Shown piece by piece: positions 17,162 through 25,155 of a stretch of 64,000 nucleotides of DNA. Position numbers and translations under genes: made by a program. Each line of letters starts with the position of its first letter. The first letter of the stretch is position 1. The stretch comes from Escherichia phage ST0, in the sequence record MF044457; one strand, given 5' to 3'. The notes under the pieces were generated by a model. That model was not told where the DNA came from and did not search any database. It saw only the letters and a list, made by a program, of their open reading frames with translations.

Positions 17162-17743
17162 ATGACATGTCAATCTGAACTTCAAGAACGCGAATACCTA
17201 ACAAATCTGATTGATAGCAAATTCACCAACCAAGAACAAAACATTCTCTGGGCTTGCACCGATTCTAAGGAAGACCCGGATTTCCACTATGAATTAGACC
17301 ATCTTGTTCGTAAGCATATGACTTCTACAGTACCAGTAGAACTCTACCGTGGTGTAACTCCAGAAGAAGTAGAACGTCTTTCCCTTCTTTCTGTTGGATG
17401 TCATTGGTCTCCTGGACGAGTAACATCGTTCACAACTGATTTCAGTACAGCTCGTCAATTCTCCGGGAGCTGGGAATATCAGACGTACACTATTCTTAGT
17501 CTCAGGAATGCTCCATTCATTTTTGATTACTACCAAAACATGGTTAACATTGTACTTGCCGGAAAGAATCCTAAGCATGTTATGGAAGAAACTCGTATCG
17601 ATGTCCTAGATATGATTGAATCTGAACAAGAGTATATGGTCTCAGGTATCTCTAGATTTGAGATTGTGGAAATTGAAGACTTAGAATATGACCCTTTATC
17701 TCGGTTATACAAAATCATTCATTTGAAAATGTTGAATTTTTAG
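17162..17743 (+). CDS. ADP-ribosyltransferase, ModA/ModB family (R-S-E type)
   Basis: 193 aa; ELYRGV (Arg), VTSFTTDFSTARQF (S-x-S/T region), ESEQEYMVSG (catalytic E-x-E-like). Confidence 0.75.
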   Translation: MTCQSELQEREYLTNLIDSKFTNQEQNILWACTDSKEDPDFHYELDHLVRKHMTSTVPVELYRGVTPEEVERLSLLSVGCHWSPGRVTSFTTDFSTARQFSGSWEYQTYTILSLRNAPFIFDYYQNMVNIVLAGKNPKHVMEETRIDVLDMIESEQEYMVSGISRFEIVEIEDLEYDPLSRLYKIIHLKMLNF

Positions 17744-17772
17744 TGTACAAACTCTACCGACGATGATACTAT
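17743..17772 (+). promoter_or_regulatory. early promoter
   Basis: GTGTAC, about 18 bp, TACTAT. Confidence 0.45.
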
Positions 17773-17800
17773 ACTTTTATCAACCACAGGAGAAACCTAA

Positions 17801-18409
17801 ATGTTTATGCCGTGTAATGAATGTGAAATTGAGGAAATGGTTCGACGTGCTCAATGCCCAGACTATCAGGATATGCTTCAGTACAAAATCGATGAGCAAT
17901 TCAGTGACATTGAACAAAGTGTACTATGGCAGTGTATGGAAAACAAGCCAGACAGCATCCAACAAGATTTAAGTGCAATTGTTCGTAGAAATTGGTCTTC
18001 TTCAGTTCCTGAGACAATGTATCGTGGAATCTCTAAGAAAACTATGGCCACACTCGATGATAAAGGCGTTGGTAGTATTATTAAATTTGACAGAGTAATG
18101 AGCTTCAGCCCAGTGTTCAGTGTAGCACGTAACTTCGCTTCATATAATTTTTATGGAACATTTAATATGTTCTGCATCAAAGATGTACCATTTGCTTTCA
18201 ACTTCCGTGAACATATGCTTAATATGATTCTGGCTGCACCGTCTTGTGAGTTCAATGGAGCTTTCCCTGAAGCGACAAGACGGTCTAATGCTAGACTTAT
18301 ATCTGACGAATGTGAATTTATGCTCCCTATAGGGACTACACTGCGTGTAGATTCTATTATTCAAGATGGACGTTATACAATCTGGAATCTGTCTATTGTC
18401 GGTTACTGA
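17801..18409 (+). CDS. ADP-ribosyltransferase, ModA/ModB family (second paralog)
   Basis: 202 aa; TMYRGIS, VMSFSPVFSVARNF, SDECEFMLP follow the same R / S-x-S / E-x-E layout. Confidence 0.75.
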   Translation: MFMPCNECEIEEMVRRAQCPDYQDMLQYKIDEQFSDIEQSVLWQCMENKPDSIQQDLSAIVRRNWSSSVPETMYRGISKKTMATLDDKGVGSIIKFDRVMSFSPVFSVARNFASYNFYGTFNMFCIKDVPFAFNFREHMLNMILAAPSCEFNGAFPEATRRSNARLISDECEFMLPIGTTLRVDSIIQDGRYTIWNLSIVGY

Positions 18410-18483
18410 CTGGATTGGAATAACCGGATGGAACTCAGAACCATTATAACACATAAAAAATTAAAGCATTTTATGAAAAAAGA

Positions 18484-18512
18484 GTGTACACTACCTGAGG
18501 GCATGATATTAT
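18484..18512 (+). promoter_or_regulatory. early promoter
   Basis: GTGTAC, 17 bp, TATTAT, then AGACCTATCA. Confidence 0.5.
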
Positions 18513-18561
18513 AGACCTATCAGCTAAATGACCTAACGTCCGTAAGACAGAGGAAAATATT

Positions 18562-19308
18562 ATGTTATCAAATAATAAAATTAACAAAATCAATCGTCGT
18601 CTTGACCACACCAGAGCTTCTGCGAAGAGACGCTCTAAGGATTTTAACTTAGACTTTAATTACCTTAAAAACATTCTTGATCAAAAGGTCTGCGCTTACT
18701 CAGGTGAATCTTTCAATAACTCTGTTGAAGGTGAGAAATTATCCTTAGAACGTTTTAATAATGATATAGGCTACATTAAAGGTAATGTTATCCCAGTTAA
18801 GAAAAAATATAACACGGCTCGTTCTGATTTAACATTAGAAGAACTTATTGAGAAACGTGACGCTGTTGCAAGACGTATCGCTAATCCTTCTGCCCGTAAA
18901 GTAGAGAAACTTAATCTCGACGAGAAGAAATGGGCCCAAATTAAAAAGGTTTATGGTACTATTTTAAAAATCCGAGCAAAACGTGAAAATCGTGTTAAGC
19001 ATATGGCGAACATGATGAAAAATCAACCTTTATCTAACGAATCTAAACTTAGAATTGTTGCTTTGAAAGCACGCATTAATGGCTCACATCAAGCAGAAGG
19101 CCATGAACTTACTAAACTCAACGTTCTTCTTAAAGGCTCTGACTGGAAAACTAAAACTAAATTAACTGACGCTGAATCGCTTTTCGATACATATGATAAA
19201 GTTATCCAAGGTCTGCAACGTTTTGAAAAGATCGGTTTCATTGGTAAATTAAAATTGAAACGTGGCTTACCACTTAGCGCATCATTATTCCAACTGATTA
19301 AAGGTTAA
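18562..19308 (+). CDS. basic protein at the srd position
   Basis: 248 aa, Lys/Arg-rich; position between the mod genes and dda matches T4 srd; no sequence recall. Confidence 0.45.
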   Translation: MLSNNKINKINRRLDHTRASAKRRSKDFNLDFNYLKNILDQKVCAYSGESFNNSVEGEKLSLERFNNDIGYIKGNVIPVKKKYNTARSDLTLEELIEKRDAVARRIANPSARKVEKLNLDEKKWAQIKKVYGTILKIRAKRENRVKHMANMMKNQPLSNESKLRIVALKARINGSHQAEGHELTKLNVLLKGSDWKTKTKLTDAESLFDTYDKVIQGLQRFEKIGFIGKLKLKRGLPLSASLFQLIKG

Positions 19309-19310
19309 TT

Positions 19311-19622
19311 ATGGTTTATGTATATGCAATAGTTTATCGAGATATGGAAGGATTTACTGTCCCGGTTCCACTTGATGAGCATTGTCCTGCGGTATTTTTT
19401 AGAAAGGATATTGCAGATAAAGTTTTCGATACTCTGAAAACACAGTATAAAACAGATTTAAAAATGGGAGTTCTAAGAATGGTCGAAACTCCGCGTAAGT
19501 TCTGGTTTAATAAGCTTGAAATGAAACACGTTAAACTAGATGCGGAGACGCAAAAATTGTATCAACGAATCCTGGATACAGGCCGTATTGTTAGTATTCC
19601 AATTGCAGGGACTTTACGATGA
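19311..19622 (+). CDS. hypothetical protein (dda.1 position)
   Basis: ORF track 103 aa; overlaps the dda start. Confidence 0.45.
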   Translation: MVYVYAIVYRDMEGFTVPVPLDEHCPAVFFRKDIADKVFDTLKTQYKTDLKMGVLRMVETPRKFWFNKLEMKHVKLDAETQKLYQRILDTGRIVSIPIAGTLR

Positions 19623-20932
19623 CATTTGATGATTTGACTGAAGGCCAGAAAAACGCCTTCAACGTTGTTATGAACGCTATTAAAGAAAAGAAACATCACG
19701 TAACTATTAATGGGCCTGCTGGTACAGGTAAAACAACCCTTACTAGATTCATCGTTGAAGCCCTTATTTCTTCTGGAGAATCAGGTATTATTTTAGCAGC
19801 CCCTACACATGCCGCTAAAAAGGTTCTAAGCAAACTTGCTGGTCAAGAAGCATCGACTATTCATAGCATTCTTAAAATCAACCCAACTACATACGAAGAA
19901 AACGTATTGTTTGAACAGAAAAAGGTTCCAGACTTAGCCTTGTGCCGTGTACTGTTATTTGATGAAGCGTCAATGTGCGACCGCTCTCTGTTTAAAATAA
20001 TGTTAGCTAGTATCCCTAAATGGTGTACAGTAATTGGAATCGGCGACCGATGCCAGATTCGTCCGGTAGACCCAGGCGAATCAACTGCGTATCTAAGTCC
20101 TTTCTTCACTCACAAAGACTTCGTGCAATGCAACCTTACAGAAGTTAAACGTAGCAATGCACCAATTATTGATGTTGCTACTGATATTCGTAATGGCAAA
20201 TGGATTTACGATAAAGTAGTTGATGGACATGGTGTTCACGGATATACAGACCTTAAATCGTATATGATGAACTATTTTAACGTCGTTAAAACTCCTGAAG
20301 ACCTTTTCGAAAATCGAATGATGGCATTCACAAATAAGTCGGTGGACAAGTTAAATTCAATTATTCGCCGAAAACTTCTTGAAACAGAAAAACCATTTAT
20401 TAAAGACGAAGTCATTGTTCTACAGGAGCCATTTACTAAGACATATAAGCTAGATGGTAAAAATATGACCGAAATGCTTTTCAATAACGGCCAATTCGTT
20501 CGTATTCGAGATGCTGTAGAAACGTCTACATTCGTTAAAGCACGTGGTGTTTCAGGCGAATATATGATACGATACTGGAATCTTACAGTAGAAACATATG
20601 GGGATGATGAAGAATACATCCGCGAAGATATAAAGGTTATTTCTTCCGAAGAAGAGCTTTATAAATTCAATTTGTTTTTGGCTAAGACCGCAGAAACATA
20701 CAAATTTTGGAATAAAGGTGGTAAAGCTCCATGGAGCGAATTCTGGGATGCTAAACGTATGTTCACTAAGGTGAAGGCACTACCAGTATCAACCTTCCAT
20801 AAGGCCCAGGGTATGTCTGTTGACACGGCCTTTGTTTATACACCGTGTATCCATTATGCCGATTCAGAATTAGCTAAACAGTTATTGTATGTCGGCACAA
20901 CTCGTGGTCGGTTTGACGTCCATTTTATTTGA
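19619..20932 (+). CDS. dda: Dda SF1 DNA helicase
   Basis: 437 aa; MTFDDLTEGQKNAFN..., Walker A GPAGTGKTT, and C-terminal region match remembered T4 Dda. Confidence 0.95.
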   Translation: MTFDDLTEGQKNAFNVVMNAIKEKKHHVTINGPAGTGKTTLTRFIVEALISSGESGIILAAPTHAAKKVLSKLAGQEASTIHSILKINPTTYEENVLFEQKKVPDLALCRVLLFDEASMCDRSLFKIMLASIPKWCTVIGIGDRCQIRPVDPGESTAYLSPFFTHKDFVQCNLTEVKRSNAPIIDVATDIRNGKWIYDKVVDGHGVHGYTDLKSYMMNYFNVVKTPEDLFENRMMAFTNKSVDKLNSIIRRKLLETEKPFIKDEVIVLQEPFTKTYKLDGKNMTEMLFNNGQFVRIRDAVETSTFVKARGVSGEYMIRYWNLTVETYGDDEEYIREDIKVISSEEELYKFNLFLAKTAETYKFWNKGGKAPWSEFWDAKRMFTKVKALPVSTFHKAQGMSVDTAFVYTPCIHYADSELAKQLLYVGTTRGRFDVHFI

Positions 20933-20943
20933 GAGAGAAAATT

Positions 20944-21621
20944 ATGAGCACTGATGTTATTATAGATTTTGAAACATTCGGCAATACATCAAAAGCGGCT
21001 GTTATTGACCTTGCGGTTATTGCATATAATTCCGACCCTGAAGTTGTTGAATCATTTGAAGAACTTGTTCAACGAGGTAAGCGAATTAAATTTAATTTGG
21101 CTTCTCAGAAAGGGAAGCGAGTTTTTGCTAAATCCACTATGAAATGGTGGAAAGAACAATCGGCTGAAGCACGTAAAAACTTGGCTCCGTCTGAAGACGA
21201 TGTCACTACGCTTGAAGGCATTAAAATCTTTTTAGACTATTGCCGAGCTAATAAAGTTGACCAATGGAAATCACAGATGTGGTGCCGTGGTATGAGCTTT
21301 GACTTCCCGATCTTGGTCGATTTGATTCGTGACCTCTATCGTGATGAAGGTGTTCTTGAACCAGATATTGATACTGATAAATTAGAACCGGTTAAATTCT
21401 GGGCTCAGCGCGATATTCGTACTGCAATCGAAGCTTACTCGTTGACACGAGGATTAAGTATGTGTCCATTACCGATGGGTACGCTAAAAGGATTCGTTGC
21501 CCATGATAGTATTCATGATTGTGCTAAAGATATTTTGATGTTAAAATATGCTCAGCGTTATGCGCTTGGTCTTGAAGATGTCCCTGAGAATCCTGATCCG
21601 TTAAGTGTAAAACAGCGATAA
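20944..21621 (+). CDS. dexA: DexA exonuclease A (DEDD 3'-5' exonuclease)
   Basis: ORF track 20929..21621; ATG at 20944 gives MSTDVIIDFETFGN..., resembling the remembered T4 DexA start. Confidence 0.8.
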   Translation: MSTDVIIDFETFGNTSKAAVIDLAVIAYNSDPEVVESFEELVQRGKRIKFNLASQKGKRVFAKSTMKWWKEQSAEARKNLAPSEDDVTTLEGIKIFLDYCRANKVDQWKSQMWCRGMSFDFPILVDLIRDLYRDEGVLEPDIDTDKLEPVKFWAQRDIRTAIEAYSLTRGLSMCPLPMGTLKGFVAHDSIHDCAKDILMLKYAQRYALGLEDVPENPDPLSVKQR

Positions 21622-21626
21622 AACCA

Positions 21627-21656
21627 GTTTACAACCAAGGACGGTTGGAGTATAAT
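21627..21656 (+). promoter_or_regulatory. early promoter
   Basis: GTTTAC, about 18 bp, TATAAT. Confidence 0.55.
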
Positions 21657-21686
21657 CTTTCTATCTTAACCAAACAGGAAAACATT

Positions 21687-22181
21687 ATGAATATCAATAC
21701 TACGGCTACTTACATCCTGAAAGACGAAAAACAAATCAACTGGTACGGTGCTTCAGTGCGAGCTTATGAAAAGTTTTGTGAAATTTTAGGCGCCACTCAA
21801 GGTAATAGTTTCACTATTGTTAACTTCATTAAACAAGCTGAAGGCCCTTGGTTATTCTTAGAAATTAAAAATTCATATGGTACAATTTCTACTACCGCCC
21901 TTCCAAGCACCGACTTTGAACTCTTGATTGAAGAAGCACCTGTTAAAGATGGTCTCCACTTTGATATGGATATCGTTTGTATGTACGGTACTCTGATTAA
22001 GCCTATTGAGCCTACTGATTTATTGTGTAAATATGTTTCAATTCGACGCCCATTCGCTGGTCCAGTAAATGGATGGGTAACTGACCAATGGATTGAAGAT
22101 GGTGTTGAACTTCTGAACGTTGTTCATGCAGGTGATTTTAGTGTAGTTCCGCGTAGTGCTGTGGTTAATATCCTTAATTAA
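21687..22181 (+). CDS. hypothetical protein, tandem paralog family member 1
   Basis: ORF-track TTG start lies inside the promoter; ATG at 21687. C-terminus GWVTDQWIEDGVELLNVVHAGDFSVVP is shared with the next two genes. Confidence 0.5.
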   Translation: MNINTTATYILKDEKQINWYGASVRAYEKFCEILGATQGNSFTIVNFIKQAEGPWLFLEIKNSYGTISTTALPSTDFELLIEEAPVKDGLHFDMDIVCMYGTLIKPIEPTDLLCKYVSIRRPFAGPVNGWVTDQWIEDGVELLNVVHAGDFSVVPRSAVVNILN

Positions 22182-22183
22182 TG

Positions 22184-22213
22184 TTGTACATCCAAGGATG
22201 GATGGAGTATAGT
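22184..22213 (+). promoter_or_regulatory. early promoter
   Basis: TTGTAC, about 18 bp, TATAGT. Confidence 0.45.
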
Positions 22214-22243
22214 GAATTCAATTTAAACAAAGAGAGAGAAATT

Positions 22244-22774
22244 ATGATTACTATTGGTGAAATCCTTCGTGTATCTCCTGCTTCTCGTTCTAAAGCTGCA
22301 GGTCGTCTGGTTGAAGTAGCAGGGCTTCGTACTAACGGCATGGGACGTGTTAAAGAAGTTAAAGTTCGAATCATGCCCAGTTTTGGCGGACAAGATGCCC
22401 AGTATGCTTACGTAAGTCCTAAATTCCTGGAAAAACATATACGAGTCCAATTTGCTTCAAGCGAAGAAGTTGCACCTGCACACTTTGCTTCTGTTGAAGA
22501 AGTTGAATCACGTGATGGATACGTATGTGAATCCGCTGAGCCTAATGTACAGTTCAAATGGGCCCTTTGCAAAGGCGTTGAATTTATAACCGATAAAGAA
22601 TTTGATTACATCGACGAATACGGTTATCCAAGCACAACTGATATCATGTGTGGCTTCATTAGTGACCAATGGGTTGAAGATGGTGAAAAGCTATACAATA
22701 TCGTATTCTTAGGTGACTTCCGAGTTGTTAAAGAATCTGAAATCACTCGCTATGCTTCTCCTCGTAAAGCTTAA
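22244..22774 (+). CDS. hypothetical protein, tandem paralog family member 2
   Basis: Start at ATG 22244 (MITIGEILRVSPASRSKAAGRLVEV); C-terminus GFISDQWVEDGEKLYNIVFLGDFRVV. Confidence 0.5.
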   Translation: MITIGEILRVSPASRSKAAGRLVEVAGLRTNGMGRVKEVKVRIMPSFGGQDAQYAYVSPKFLEKHIRVQFASSEEVAPAHFASVEEVESRDGYVCESAEPNVQFKWALCKGVEFITDKEFDYIDEYGYPSTTDIMCGFISDQWVEDGEKLYNIVFLGDFRVVKESEITRYASPRKA

Positions 22775-22783
22775 GGAATTATT

Positions 22784-23203
22784 ATGAATATTGTAAATCT
22801 CTCTACTGGTGATTACGTATATGTATCTGTTGCTTCTCGCTCTAAAGTTGCCGGGAAGTTGGTTGAAGTTCTTTATGTGAGTGATCCGGTTTTTGGACGT
22901 AACGAAGTTAAAGTTCGTGACGCCGATGGTAACATTGGTTATGTTAAAAGCCAATTCATTGAACCAGAAGAACGTGCGTTCAAATGGAAACTGTGCAGGT
23001 CTGTTTTAGTTGTAAAAGACCATGAATTTACTATTGCTTCTGCAACTGACGGGTCTCCATGGACAACGAATCAAGTTGCTGGTTTTATTTCGGACCGTTG
23101 GGTAGAAGATGGTGTTAAGCTTTATAACATCGTTTTCGCTGGACAGTTCATGGTAGTTCCTGAGTTCCAAATCAAAAAATATTGTCCAGCATCTTTTGCA
23201 TAA
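22784..23203 (+). CDS. hypothetical protein, tandem paralog family member 3
   Basis: 139 aa; N-terminus VSVASRSKVAGKLVEV and C-terminus GFISDRWVEDGVKLYNIVFAGQFMVV. Confidence 0.5.
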   Translation: MNIVNLSTGDYVYVSVASRSKVAGKLVEVLYVSDPVFGRNEVKVRDADGNIGYVKSQFIEPEERAFKWKLCRSVLVVKDHEFTIASATDGSPWTTNQVAGFISDRWVEDGVKLYNIVFAGQFMVVPEFQIKKYCPASFA

Positions 23204-23207
23204 AGTT

Positions 23208-23236
23208 GTTTACTTCTCCTCCGGTTTTGATATTAT
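23208..23236 (+). promoter_or_regulatory. early promoter
   Basis: GTTTAC, 17 bp, TATTAT. Confidence 0.55.
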
Positions 23237-23262
23237 AACCATATCAACCAGAGGAGAATAAT

Positions 23263-23787
23263 ATGTTAGTTTACCGCGTAGAACGTAGTTTTTGTACTCA
23301 ACGTGAATCATTACCAGGAATTGCTATCAAAGACGGTAAAGCCGTCAGAATTTGGGAAACCTCTTGGAATAAAGAACCTCGTTCGCCATACGGTTGGTCG
23401 GGCACCGACAACTCTGAAGAAACATGGGAGTTCCTTGATAAACATGGAATAATCTCAGGTAACTTCTACCATCACGGCGACAACTACAATGTCCCTAATC
23501 GTCCTACAGTAAATGAAGACAAACTCCTTGAACAAAATATCTTAAGATACTATAGAATTGAGCACACATTTGAATTGAGTGAAGATTGGGCTCAAGGGTT
23601 CTATTTTGGATTTGAAAGTGTTGACGCGGTTTATGCATGGTTTGATGACCAGGTGGATGTTGAACTCTTGAAAGCTAAAGGATACTACATCGCGGTCTAT
23701 GAAGCACCTGATTTCATCCTCGGAAGTTGTCAATTAATGTTTAGACGTTCATTGGCAGAACAAGTTGATTTTATTTTGCTAAAATGA
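23263..23787 (+). CDS. hypothetical protein
   Basis: ORF track 174 aa; RBS AGAGGAGAA. Confidence 0.5.
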   Translation: MLVYRVERSFCTQRESLPGIAIKDGKAVRIWETSWNKEPRSPYGWSGTDNSEETWEFLDKHGIISGNFYHHGDNYNVPNRPTVNEDKLLEQNILRYYRIEHTFELSEDWAQGFYFGFESVDAVYAWFDDQVDVELLKAKGYYIAVYEAPDFILGSCQLMFRRSLAEQVDFILLK

Positions 23788-23844
23788 TGTACAACAACTA
23801 TGGTCTATGATACTATAGACCTATCAAAACAAGAGGAGAATATT

Positions 23845-24072
23845 ATGAAACGTCAAATCATTAAAAACGTAACTACAGATTCAAACATCGATGAGTTTGA
23901 AGATGTTCTGTTTAATCCTGATTTAGTTGTTGTACAGAAAAACTGGACCGAATTTTTATGCTACACCGAAGTGGTTTACGTTTACGAAAAACTCGGTGAT
24001 GAAATGCCTATCTATGGTATCTTCCGTGAAATCACTGAAAATGGTACAACTTATTGGAAGGAAACTTACTAA
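23845..24072 (+). CDS. hypothetical small protein
   Basis: ORF-track ATG lies in the promoter -10 region; start moved to ATG at 23845 after AGAGGAGAA. Confidence 0.4.
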   Translation: MKRQIIKNVTTDSNIDEFEDVLFNPDLVVVQKNWTEFLCYTEVVYVYEKLGDEMPIYGIFREITENGTTYWKETY

Positions 24073-24482
24073 TGGCTAATAAATTCCGCGTTAACTCATG
24101 GTACCAATTTATAGATAAACGTGCCCAAGAAGAGTTTATTAAAGACCACACTGATAATGGGATTTATGCACGACGTCTTGGCATGGAACCATTTAAAGTA
24201 TTAGATGTTGACCATCTTGGACGTCCTACTAAAATTGTGACATCTACCGGCACGGTTGGATACGCAACAGGCGGTGATATCCTTGATGAAAACTTTATCT
24301 GGCTCTCCACGAATGAAGCAGAGTTTTTTGATGAAGTGGGAAATCCATATCAAGCGTCCGAAGAGCAAGATTCTGATGAACTTGACGAATTGTCTGAATT
24401 TCCGGTGATGACGATTACTATCGAAAATAACGACCAGGCATGGTCTTTGTATCAAATGTTGAAAGCACATTTTAAGGAATAA
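24072..24482 (+). CDS. hypothetical acidic protein
   Basis: Start moved to ATG at 24072 ([10 protein letters not shown]...), overlapping the upstream stop. Confidence 0.45.
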   Translation: MANKFRVNSWYQFIDKRAQEEFIKDHTDNGIYARRLGMEPFKVLDVDHLGRPTKIVTSTGTVGYATGGDILDENFIWLSTNEAEFFDEVGNPYQASEEQDSDELDELSEFPVMTITIENNDQAWSLYQMLKAHFKE

Positions 24483-24484
24483 TA

Positions 24485-24664
24485 ATGCCATTATACGACT
24501 ATAAATGTCAATCTGAAGATTGTGGCCATGAATATGAAAAAATTAAAAGAATTTCTGAACGAGAAAACGATGTTTGCCCTGAATGTCATCGTCTGTCTAC
24601 TCGTCGGGTTTCTGCTCCTAAACATGTGAACGGTGGTTTTTACGACTTACTTAAGAAGGGTTAA
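24485..24664 (+). CDS. FmdB-family-like zinc-ribbon protein, 59 aa, missed by the ORF track
   Basis: Translation MPLYDYKCQSEDCGHEYEKIKRISERENDVCPECHRLSTRRVSAPK... has two CxxC pairs and the MP-x-Y-x-Y-x-C N-terminus typical of FmdB zinc ribbons. Confidence 0.5.
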   Translation: MPLYDYKCQSEDCGHEYEKIKRISERENDVCPECHRLSTRRVSAPKHVNGGFYDLLKKG

Positions 24665-24666
24665 TT

Positions 24667-25092
24667 ATGGCTTTTAAAGGTTTTGAAGTTGGTAAGAAAT
24701 ATCGTATTATCAAAGGACAGGAAGATAATTTCTTGAGAATTCTTAATACGACTGGTAAACGTCTTAATACTAATCTGCATACTACTTTATTGTCCAAAGA
24801 TTTTATTGTGGAAGAGATGATTGGTTACGGCGTTTCGGTGATTGCTGTAGAAGCCGTAGGCGATTATGGCCGAACTATTCATAGTATGCAAGGTGATATT
24901 CTGCTTTATGGTGCAGAATTTAAATTCTTTGAAGAAGTTCCGGAACCAGATACAGCTGTCGATTTCAAAAAAGGCTCTATAGAATTTGTTGATGGTTCGG
25001 TGATCGTATCAGGCGATGTGGTCATTACAGTTAAAAGTGAACAAGGGCGTTTGGCTGCAATTGATGCACTTCAGAAAATTAAATTTAAATAA
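24667..25092 (+). CDS. hypothetical protein
   Basis: ORF track 141 aa; followed directly by a terminator. Confidence 0.5.
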   Translation: MAFKGFEVGKKYRIIKGQEDNFLRILNTTGKRLNTNLHTTLLSKDFIVEEMIGYGVSVIAVEAVGDYGRTIHSMQGDILLYGAEFKFFEEVPEPDTAVDFKKGSIEFVDGSVIVSGDVVITVKSEQGRLAAIDALQKIKFK

Positions 25093-25109
25093 GGGCTTCG
25101 GCCCTTTTT
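25093..25109 (+). terminator. UUCG-tetraloop terminator
   Basis: GGGC-TTCG-GCCC followed by TTTTT. Confidence 0.75.
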
Positions 25110-25133
25110 GCTTTAGATTTCGGATGATAGAAT
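25107..25133 (+). promoter_or_regulatory. middle (MotA-dependent) promoter upstream of gene 39
   Basis: MotA-box-like TTTGCTTTA about 12 bp upstream of a TAGAAT -10; no -35 GTTTAC. Confidence 0.45.
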
Positions 25134-25155
25134 ACCTTCATAACGAGGAGACAAC

